Source: Bacteroidaceae bacterium (GTDB taxonomy: Bacteria; Bacteroidota; Bacteroidia; Bacteroidales; Bacteroidaceae). Taken from it: 64,000 nucleotides of DNA. A program made the translations under genes and the position numbers. The notes below the pieces were generated by a model, which searched no databases, was not told the origin of the DNA, and saw only the letters and a program-made list of their open reading frames with translations. Shown here one piece after another: positions 29,905 to 38,114 of the stretch (the stretch's first letter is position 1; each line of letters starts with the position of its first letter). The DNA is taken from contig JAZSIU010000011.1 of NCBI GenBank assembly GCA_045533955.1, positions 20,555-84,554 on the forward strand, read 5' to 3'.

Positions 29905-30654
29905 TTATGGTACTACGATAAAATTTAAAAGACTGTATTCAAGTGAAAGCATTGATGCAGATGTTGTTGAAATGATGTCGCCGTCTTGGAAACGCTTATT
30001 TACGTCTACACAAATAAATAAACCACCTTCTGGTAATTCAATAACGTCTAAAACTTTGCTTTTATGTATTATTGCTTGGTTTAAACTTTCTAAACTTTTA
30101 TCCTTAATCTCTATTTCTTTGATATTTTTAAAATCTATAATATCATTGAAATATATAGAGATTTCTTCTAAAAAGCGCTTTTGAATTTCTTTCGATTTAA
30201 AGTCAACAGCAGATGCAATAAATTCATCATAATCTGCGCCATAGTATATAGGACCTGTCATTAAAGCATTAATACTTTCTTCATTAATGCTTATTCTTGC
30301 CCAATCAGAATTATACTTGCGAGTTATATTATCAAGCTTTATTGCTTTTTCCAATATGTAATGTGTATCTTTGGCTAATGAAATGTTTTCAGGACATAAT
30401 TCTATAATAAGTTTCTCAAAACTTAATACTGTTTGTTCTTCTTTTTCATAGCGATATTTTAATGCCTTTGCTTTTGCTATTGCAGTTATTGTTTCTAGTC
30501 TTTCTTCAAATAAATAGTGATTAGGTCGAGAAGTGGCTCCCCATTGCGCTGTTATTTCACTGTTTACCTTAATTCCTGAATATTGAAAGATTGGATAATT
30601 TTTTCTAAGGTTCTTTAGCATTTCACTAAATAGTCTATTTGCATTAGTATCCAC
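29905..30654 (-). CDS. hypothetical protein in the cargo slot of the intact element
   Basis: 249-aa ORF with a GTG start at 30654; an ATG alternative gives MLKNLRK 11 codons in. No recognisable motif. Very AT-rich. Confidence 0.5.
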   Translation of the reverse strand: MDTNANRLFSEMLKNLRKNYPIFQYSGIKVNSEITAQWGATSRPNHYLFEERLETITAIAKAKALKYRYEKEEQTVLSFEKLIIELCPENISLAKDTHYILEKAIKLDNITRKYNSDWARISINEESINALMTGPIYYGADYDEFIASAVDFKSKEIQKRFLEEISIYFNDIIDFKNIKEIEIKDKSLESLNQAIIHKSKVLDVIELPEGGLFICVDVNKRFQDGDIISTTSASMLSLEYSLLNFIVVP

Positions 30655-30760
30655 CGAAATATATTGTATATAAATTATAAATTACAAATTTACTCTAATT
30701 TTAGGTTTTAAACAAGTGTTTTCAATGGAAATTGATAGAGGTTTATATATGAAATTCAAA

Positions 30761-31414
30761 TTACAAACAAAATTCTCTTTTCACTCTTTGAACAGTGCTA
30801 ACACTAACATTGGATAGTTTCGCTGTGTTTCGTACAGAGTAACCTCGTTTGAGCTGTGAAATAACCTCTTTGTATTCCTCTTTCTTGCGCTCTGTGGTCT
30901 TACAGGAACCTTTCTTGCGCCCTAACTTGCCACCATTGGCAATATAACTATTTCTGCCCGAATTGAGTCTGTAAACGATGTTAGAACGTTCGATATTCGC
31001 CATTTCGGCAAGAACTGTTACCATTATGCTGGCGATTGGGTTCGCCTCTCCTGTGGCGTTCAGGGTGTAAATGCCAAGGTTTTGGATATATACTGAAACA
31101 CCCGCCTCGTGCAACATTTCGAGCGATTTTAACACTTGCAAGGTGGAACGACCTAAACGACTCAACTCCGACAGTAGAATATAGTTGACCTTGTTTGCTA
31201 TACAGTAGTTAATGCACTCCATTAGAACTGTTCTGTTCTCGTTCTTGGTTGCTCCGCTTATGTGTTCTTCGTAAGTGCCAATGATATTAAAGTCGTTGCT
31301 GTTGGCAAAGCGTGTCAAGTCCTCAATCTGTCTTTGTGTATTCTGTCTGTCGTTAGTAGATGAAACTCTGGCGTAAATAACTGCTGTACTCATATTGCTA
31401 TCTCTTTGGTTCAC
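30761..31414 (-). CDS. serine recombinase (resolvase/invertase type)
   Basis: 217 aa. The catalytic-Ser motif is AVIYARVSS. It has a resolvase core and a C-terminal HTH (GYSVRNTAKLSNVSVSTVQRV). Confidence 0.9.
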   Translation of the reverse strand: MNQRDSNMSTAVIYARVSSTNDRQNTQRQIEDLTRFANSNDFNIIGTYEEHISGATKNENRTVLMECINYCIANKVNYILLSELSRLGRSTLQVLKSLEMLHEAGVSVYIQNLGIYTLNATGEANPIASIMVTVLAEMANIERSNIVYRLNSGRNSYIANGGKLGRKKGSCKTTERKKEEYKEVISQLKRGYSVRNTAKLSNVSVSTVQRVKREFCL

Positions 31415-31478
31415 TGGCTAAGGTACCAGGAAAGTCCTGCTCCTGCAAGCTCCAGAGTCAAAAATATCAAAGAATATT

Positions 31479-31548
31479 TTGAATATATAAAAACATGTTT
31501 TTTTTGATTGAATACAGATTTTTTTGAATACAATTAAATATTGAATAC
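31479..31548. repeat. iteron-like direct repeats TTGAATA(C/T) x4
   Basis: Copies at 31479, 31508, 31524 and 31541, in the spacer between the rep-like stop and the recombinase start. Confidence 0.6.
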
Positions 31549-31735
31549 GGTATAAAGAGGATATATATAAGATTGGATTTATTTTCAACTATTTACGAAA
31601 AATATGTTTTTTTCTTCATTACCACCCTTGTAAGAAAATGTAAGATTTTATATTACAATAAGCGGTTTTATTATCAATATGTTATGTCTATATATATGTA
31701 ATGGCAAGGTAGTTTACTAATACCTTGCCACGCAA

Positions 31736-32623
31736 TTACAACAGTTCTAAAATGCTGTAACTCTTTCTGCCGTTCTTGTCTTGGAAACGCAAAACTCTGT
31801 CGAGGAATGTTATAAAGAAAAACAAAAGAGAGTCCTTGTCTAAAAATATCTTTGGGCTGTATGTTATCTGCTCTCTTGTGAAAAAGTCTTTGAGAACATC
31901 GCTGTTTATTCGTACCTCTAACCTATAAAGTTTCTTGGGGTTGTCGTTGTTGTCGAGAATGTATTGTTTGTGGCTCTTGCTCTCAATTTCTCGTTTCTTG
32001 TTGTAAGCGTTGAGAGTGATGTTTTTGTTCTTCTGTGCCACTAATACGCTATACTCCTTAATTCTATAGAGGTTGCCAACTCCTATATAAAGAATGTCCT
32101 CAATCAGTTGTTTGCGGTCTGTGATTTTAGTGCCGTTCACTATTGGAGTGTACTCCTTGTTTCGTATCAGTTGGATAAGTTTCTTGGGATAATTGCAACT
32201 GCCGTCAATGGCGATGTCCCAATGAGTGAAATTGTTGAACACAAGTCCTAATGTATCTTCGATGTACTCAAGGTGCAACAATCTGCTATGTTGCCAATCG
32301 TGTTTTAGGTAGAATTGCTTGTTCTCTACTTGCAACCAAACAAACGACTGCATAGCCTCATCGGTGTCTGCTTTCAACCCCCATTGTAGCGTGCCGAAGA
32401 CTTGCTCTGTGAACTCTTGGAAAGTGTTGTCTTCGTAGTCAAGATAGACTATTTCATAAATGTAGTTATAGTGAGTGCCTTGCACTTGCCTTAATCTGTA
32501 CCCCCATTCGGGGTGTTCAAATTCTTCTGTTGGGTTATCTCTTAATGTGTTTAGATAACTGTTCTCTGCCAATGTGTAGCAGATTTTCAACTTGTCGATA
32601 GTTGGTGTAAATTCATTTTTCAT
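31736..32623 (-). CDS. Rep_trans-like rolling-circle replication initiator
   Basis: 295 aa. HWDIAIDG and LNAYNKKREIE...LYRLEVRIN resemble the conserved D-x-A-x-D and Y-x-K...R-x-E motifs of the Rep_trans (pT181 RepC / phage replication protein) family. Confidence 0.55.
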   Translation of the reverse strand: MKNEFTPTIDKLKICYTLAENSYLNTLRDNPTEEFEHPEWGYRLRQVQGTHYNYIYEIVYLDYEDNTFQEFTEQVFGTLQWGLKADTDEAMQSFVWLQVENKQFYLKHDWQHSRLLHLEYIEDTLGLVFNNFTHWDIAIDGSCNYPKKLIQLIRNKEYTPIVNGTKITDRKQLIEDILYIGVGNLYRIKEYSVLVAQKNKNITLNAYNKKREIESKSHKQYILDNNDNPKKLYRLEVRINSDVLKDFFTREQITYSPKIFLDKDSLLFFFITFLDRVLRFQDKNGRKSYSILELL

Positions 32624-32814
32624 TCCTTTTTTAAATTATTACTCTTATTAGTTCTCTCTTGCCATACAGTTCTCATCGCCTCTGCTATGGCTTGTTTGTG
32701 CTGTGGGGTTTTGCGATACCTTTTCATCGCTTGGCTAATTCTCTTGCGTGTAACAGCACTCTTTTTTCTTCCACGCAGTGTCAATGAAATTTTGTGTTTT
32801 GTCTGTTCATTCAT
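32620..32814 (-). CDS. small basic DNA-binding protein with NUMOD3-like motifs (candidate excisionase / recombination directionality factor)
   Basis: 64 aa. TKHKISLTLRGRKKS and TRKRISQAMKRY resemble NUMOD3 repeats. There is a 4-nt overlap with the rep-like start. Confidence 0.5.
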   Translation of the reverse strand: MNEQTKHKISLTLRGRKKSAVTRKRISQAMKRYRKTPQHKQAIAEAMRTVWQERTNKSNNLKKE

Positions 32815-32941
32815 AGTGCTATCCTTTTTACTATAAATAGTAAGTAGGTTGAAAAAATGTAGATTTTTTTCTGAAAAATTTTACAGACAGAACTGTTATA
32901 TAGTAGATAGGCTCTTATAACAGTTCCCTCAAAGGGGTTAC

Positions 32942-34270
32942 CTATCTTGCAAACGCTTGGGCTACTATCCTTGCGTGTTCCTCTTTGTTTACCTTGATAT
33001 ATTTGAGAAAATTATTCTCTGTGGTGTGTCCCGTGATTGCCATAATACTAATGCTTGGAACTCCTTTGAGATACATATTTGTGGCAAATGAGCGTCTTGC
33101 AGTATGGTTCATAACAAACTCAAACTTTGCTCCGTCCTTGATGATTGTGTTTCCACCTTTTACACGGGATAGGGTAGTCCTTTCGTTGATGTTGGCAAGT
33201 TTAGCACACAGACGGATATGTTTCAAGCAATGTGTCTTGTCCACGCTTTTGGGGAAACTCTCTCCGTATTTCGTGAATATCTCTTTAACCATTGGGTGCA
33301 TAGGAATAACAACAGTTGCGTTTGTCTTGTGAGTGTGAACAACCATAGTATCGTTGCTCCTTATCTCAACATTAGATAGGTCTTGCCAATCTCCAAAGCG
33401 TAGTCCAGTCCAACAAGCAACAATGAACAAGTCCCGTGTTTCTTCAATTCTTGCTTTATCGCCAACAACTGCTTTTACGGCCTCATCTTCAAAATTGATA
33501 GCATACAATCGTTTAATCTCTTCCTCTGTTAGATAGATGTTATCTACATCTTGGCACTTGGTAGTGTAAGAGTGATAGCATTTGTTTATCTCAATGCCGT
33601 TCAGTTCTGCCTCTTTCAACCATACTTTGATAATGCTGAATGTGCTTGCTATCGTGTTTGCAGCGTATTCTCGTTCTAATAACCAAGCAGTAAAACGTTC
33701 TTCAAGGCGATTGTCAAACAGTTGCCAAGTGAGTGCAAGGCGATTGTCGTTGCAGAACTCTTGTAAGCGTTTCAAGGCATTGTAATGGTTGTAGATTGTA
33801 CCGCTGACTATCTTGCGTTGTGTTGTTCTGTTTACCATTTGCTTTTTGCGCTCAATGTAGTCTTGTATGAATGTCAAAGGTTTCTTCTTGATGTCTGTGT
33901 CCTTGCCATTGATTTTGCATTTGAAGTAGTTTTCAAAGTTCTCTTTCGTGTGTTCAATCTCGCCCTCTGTAATTGCTTTTGCATAGTCGTTGCAGTAAGA
34001 TAGTATCTGTTTCAGTGCTTTGTTTACCTCTTTATTATAGCGTAACTGAACTGCTCCAATGGCAGGGTCTTCTGTTGCTCTTTCGCCAACTTGGGTTCTT
34101 GTGGTCTTTAACCAATACTGCGGTTCTATTGTCAGTTTGGTAAATACTCTTGCTCGTTCTTTGTTGATTGTTGTTGTCAACCAAATTTGAGATTTGTTGC
34201 CTACTGTTTTGAGATTGAAATTGACTCTCATAGTAAATTTGTGGTTTATATAAAATTCGTTTTCTACCAT
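32942..34270 (-). CDS. tyrosine site-specific integrase
   Basis: 442 aa (alternative ATG at 34231). Catalytic residue contexts are WTGLRFGD, HTARRSFAT and GHTTENNFLKY. The N-terminal arm-binding/SAM-like region is typical of Bacteroidetes integrases. Confidence 0.9.
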   Translation of the reverse strand: MVENEFYINHKFTMRVNFNLKTVGNKSQIWLTTTINKERARVFTKLTIEPQYWLKTTRTQVGERATEDPAIGAVQLRYNKEVNKALKQILSYCNDYAKAITEGEIEHTKENFENYFKCKINGKDTDIKKKPLTFIQDYIERKKQMVNRTTQRKIVSGTIYNHYNALKRLQEFCNDNRLALTWQLFDNRLEERFTAWLLEREYAANTIASTFSIIKVWLKEAELNGIEINKCYHSYTTKCQDVDNIYLTEEEIKRLYAINFEDEAVKAVVGDKARIEETRDLFIVACWTGLRFGDWQDLSNVEIRSNDTMVVHTHKTNATVVIPMHPMVKEIFTKYGESFPKSVDKTHCLKHIRLCAKLANINERTTLSRVKGGNTIIKDGAKFEFVMNHTARRSFATNMYLKGVPSISIMAITGHTTENNFLKYIKVNKEEHARIVAQAFAR

Positions 34271-34407
34271 ATTAAAAATACTTTTTTGACTTATTATTTT
34301 CTAAAGTATATGTTTGGTCTATAGAAAAGTCAAGGGGTAAAAGCATTTTTTTTCGATTTTTTTTTCAAAGGTACCAGGAAAATCTCATCTGCTCAAATGG
34401 TGGCAAC

Positions 34408-34490
34408 TGCTACTGGTGTCAAAAAGTGGTGTCAATTTACATTCGTTAACTATAATGTTAAAATACCCTCCAGAATGGTCTGGAGGGTGT
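34408..34490. repeat. 83-bp arm repeat, right copy (paired GGTGTC at 34415 and 34428 plus hairpin T1)
   Basis: Aligns with 29382-29464. Confidence 0.85.
34458..34487 (-). terminator. minus-strand hairpin terminator T1
   Basis: CCCTCCAGA/TCTGGAGGG stem, followed on the minus strand by TATTTT. Confidence 0.6.
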
Positions 34491-34494
34491 ATAT

Positions 34495-34533
34495 CAATAA
34501 AATAGCCTCAACTTTTTTGTTGTTGAGGCTATT
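34495..34533 (-). terminator. minus-strand hairpin terminator T2' downstream of the guaA-like gene
   Basis: AATAGCCTCAAC/GTTGAGGCTATT stem. Confidence 0.6.
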
Positions 34534-34543
34534 GAAATATGCT

Positions 34544-34571
34544 TAAAAAACGCTGTTTTTTACTCCCACTC
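34544..34571. repeat. att-type direct repeat overlapping the stop codon and last three codons of the guaA-like gene
   Basis: Identical to 29756-29783. TTACTCCCACTC is the reverse complement of GAG TGG GAG TAA. Confidence 0.85.
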
Positions 34572-35867
34572 AATTGTGGCGCTGGGCTTAGGCGACATAT
34601 CGTAGCAGACGCGGTTGACGGTCTTTACCTCGGCAAGGATGCGGTCGGTGATTTTCATAAGGATTGCCCAATCTATCTGCTCTATTGTGGCTGTCATTGC
34701 ATCTACCGTGTTGACGGCGCGGATAATTACGGGCCAGTCGTACGAGCGGGCATTGTCGCGCACGCCCACTGACTTAAAATCGGGAACTATGGTAAAGTAT
34801 TGCCATACTTTTTTGTCGAGGCCGGCTTTTGCAAACTCTTCGCGCAGGATGGCGTCCGACTCGCGCACTGCTTCTAAGCGGTCGCGGGTAATTGCGCCGA
34901 GGCAGCGTACGCCGAGGCCGGGGCCGGGGAAGGGCTGACGATAGACCATCTCGTAGGGGAGGCCAAGCTCGAGGCCGCAGGCGCGTACCTCGTCTTTAAA
35001 GAGCTGACGGATGGGCTCGACAAGTTCGAATTGCATATCTTCGGGCAGGCCGCCTACGTTGTGGTGCGATTTTACCATTTTGGCTGTCTTTGTACCGCTC
35101 TCGACAATGTCGGGGTAGATGGTGCCCTGACCGAGGAATTCTATTCCGTCGAGCTTGCGTGCCTCCTCTTCGAATACGCGGATAAACTCGCCACCGATTA
35201 TCTTGCGTTTCTGCTCGGGGTCAGCGACGCCCTCGAGCTTGCCGAGGAAGCGGTCGGTTGCATCGACATATACTAGGTTGGCGCACAGCTGGTTGCGGAA
35301 CACCTCGATAACGGCTTCCGACTCGCCCTTGCGCATCAGTCCGTGGTTCACGTGTACGCATACAAGGTTGTTGCCGATGGCCTTGAGCAGAAGGGCTGCA
35401 ACCACCGAGCTATCGACACCGCCCGAGAGTGCTAGAAGCACTTTGCGGTTGCCAACCTGACGACGGATGAGTTCTACCTGGTCGTTGACAAAGTTTGTCA
35501 TATTCCAATTGGCCTCGGCTCCGCAGGTGTCGAATACAAATGATTTTACGGCCTCTTTTATGGCCTCTTCGTCATTTGTAAACTGCGCGAGTTTGACGTC
35601 GCACAGTGCCTTGTCGTGGCCTGCTGCCATAATGGGCAGGCCGGCATCATAAATCTCGGGGTTTACGTCAATGGCAACGCCGTCAATTACGTTATTGGGG
35701 CCGCCGTTGATGATGATACCTTTTACTCCGGGAAGCGCTTTTAACTCCTGTGCTGTAATGTCGTGGGGGTAAATCTCGCTATATACTCCCAATGCACGAA
35801 TTGCGCGGGCAAGCACGGTGTTCTCGTGGCTGCCAAGGTCGAGGATGACAATCATATCCTGTTTCAT
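34560..35867 (-). CDS. guaA: GMP synthase-like protein (ATP pyrophosphatase and dimerisation domains intact; short, apparently degenerate N-terminal amidotransferase domain)
   Basis: 435 aa with the P-loop SGGVDSSV, KSHHNVGGLP, and the C-terminal ...IEWE typical of GuaA. The N-terminal ~115 aa lack the G-x-C-x-G nucleophile context (GLPIMAAGHD instead). Confidence 0.8.
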   Translation of the reverse strand: MKQDMIVILDLGSHENTVLARAIRALGVYSEIYPHDITAQELKALPGVKGIIINGGPNNVIDGVAIDVNPEIYDAGLPIMAAGHDKALCDVKLAQFTNDEEAIKEAVKSFVFDTCGAEANWNMTNFVNDQVELIRRQVGNRKVLLALSGGVDSSVVAALLLKAIGNNLVCVHVNHGLMRKGESEAVIEVFRNQLCANLVYVDATDRFLGKLEGVADPEQKRKIIGGEFIRVFEEEARKLDGIEFLGQGTIYPDIVESGTKTAKMVKSHHNVGGLPEDMQFELVEPIRQLFKDEVRACGLELGLPYEMVYRQPFPGPGLGVRCLGAITRDRLEAVRESDAILREEFAKAGLDKKVWQYFTIVPDFKSVGVRDNARSYDWPVIIRAVNTVDAMTATIEQIDWAILMKITDRILAEVKTVNRVCYDMSPKPSATIEWE

Positions 35868-35920
35868 AACTCTATTTGTTTAGTTGTATATTTCTGTTGT
35901 TGTTATAATAAAAATAAGAG

Positions 35921-35950
35921 CGAATGGGTTCACTCTTATTCTTAATGGGC
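35921..35950 (-). terminator. hairpin terminator after mscL
   Basis: ATAAGAG/CTCTTAT stem, followed on the minus strand by TTTTT. Confidence 0.5.
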
Positions 35951-35955
35951 GCGTG

Positions 35956-36408
35956 TTATTTTTTCTCTTTCAAGAGGTCGCGAATCTCGGTAAGAAGTTT
36001 CTCCTCGGCGCTGGGCTCGGGTACGGGTGCAGGAGCGGGTGCGGGAGCTGCCTCCTCTTTCTTTTTCTTCTCGGTGAGCCTTGCGATAAGTCTTATCATA
36101 ACAAATATCGAGAATGCGATGATAAGAAAATCGAATGTCTGCTGCAAGAAATTACCATAGTTTAGTGTTACGGCTGCAGTCTCAACGGTACCGTCGGCTG
36201 CCGTGGTGGCCTCTTTCATCACCCATTTAAGGTCTTTGAAATTCACGCCGCCAACCAAAAGGCCGATGGGGGGCATAATAATGTCGTTTACCACAGATGT
36301 AACAATCTTACCGAATGCACCACCGATGATAACACCGACTGCCATATCAACTACGTTGCCTTTCATAGCAAAGGCCTTAAAGTCCTGAAGAAATGTGCTT
36401 TTTGCCAT
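35956..36408 (-). CDS. mscL: large-conductance mechanosensitive channel
   Basis: 150 aa. [27 protein letters not shown] is the canonical MscL TM1 signature. Confidence 0.92.
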   Translation of the reverse strand: MAKSTFLQDFKAFAMKGNVVDMAVGVIIGGAFGKIVTSVVNDIIMPPIGLLVGGVNFKDLKWVMKEATTAADGTVETAAVTLNYGNFLQQTFDFLIIAFSIFVMIRLIARLTEKKKKEEAAPAPAPAPVPEPSAEEKLLTEIRDLLKEKK

Positions 36409-36761
36409 TTTTTATCTATTTTAAGTTTTATATACTATTTATTTTTATTGTGCGCAAAGATACTACAAAATGGGCGAAACACAAAAAGATTAAAGCAATT
36501 TTATTTAGTCGAGTTAACATTTTTCTTAGTGGCCGATTTTTTCTCTTTTTACAATCTATTTTCCTTAATATTGTGTTGCAATTGTAAAAAGAATGTTTTA
36601 AATTTGCCGAGTATTTTGGAAAGTAGAGTATGAGAATTCTAAAAATTGTAGTATTCGCAATACTTTCGGCAATGGTGATTGTGGCGTGTTCGAGTGCGCA
36701 TAATTGCAATTGCGGATAAATGAATAAGGAATATTTTATTAACCCTTTTTAAATTTAATAA

Positions 36762-37778
<1,017 letters not shown>

Positions 37779-37805
37779 TTCGTTAATTAGCTTGAGAAAC
37801 TTTAT

Positions 37806-37838
37806 GAGGATGCCTTTAGCGGGCATCCTCTTTTTTTT
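37806..37838 (+). terminator. Rho-independent terminator after gap
   Basis: GAGGATGCC/GGCATCCTC stem followed by T8. Confidence 0.8.
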
Positions 37839-38114
37839 GTGGCTCGATGCGCGAGGCTGTGCGGGCGGAAATTATTGGTGGGTGAGGGGACTTATATAAA
37901 TATATTGCCCGATTATCTACACAAAAGAGATTCTCTTTTGTGTAGATTTTATTGCAGTGTTCCATACAAAAAATGCGGTGTAAGGGGTTATGGATTTATT
38001 CTAAGAGCAATGCTCCGAAATAATATATATTGAATAACAAACAAATGTGGCGTATGAAAGTGTTACAATGTTCACTGCATACGCCATTTTGTATATTCTT
38101 CCCAATATGGGAAT

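Larger units (their letters stand above)
24296..34571 (-). mobile_element. composite AT-rich island: tandem array of one intact and two decayed integrative elements at the 3' end of the guaA-like gene
   Basis: It holds repeated att-type cores, repeated arms and two serine-recombinase 3' stubs. There is a sharp drop in GC relative to both flanks. An integrase lies next to guaA. Confidence 0.75.
29756..34571 (-). mobile_element. intact ~4.8-kb integrative element bounded by a 28-bp perfect direct repeat
   Basis: Minus-strand gene order is integrase, NUMOD3-like protein, Rep_trans-like protein, serine recombinase, cargo ORF. The direct repeats are at 29756-29783 and 34544-34571. Confidence 0.7.

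Noticed and set aside
24296-34571. Integron-like reading of the island: a tyrosine recombinase plus an array of single-gene cassettes separated by structured repeats.
   Set aside because: The integrase has the long N-terminal arm-binding region of phage/ICE-type integrases and lies downstream-co-oriented with the cassettes rather than divergent from an attI/Pc. The repeats lack the R''-L''/L'-R' GTTRRRY attC organisation. The recombinase-gene stubs and the 28-bp repeat that overlaps the guaA stop are better explained by tandem integration and decay.
29756-34571. A tRNA or tmRNA gene as the integration target.
   Set aside because: No tRNA-like cloverleaf or T-loop (GGTTCGAATCC-type) sequence lies near any att copy. 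The repeat instead overlaps the last codons of the guaA-like CDS.
37905-38088. A perfect 16-bp hairpin (ATCTACACAAAAGAGA/TCTCTTTTGTGTAGAT, 37905-37939) and a second hairpin (GGCGTATG/CATACGCC, 38048-38088), considered as a possible small RNA or mobile repeat.
   Set aside because: They sit between the convergent gap and permease genes, where extra terminator hairpins are expected. There are no other copies in the window and no conserved flanks.
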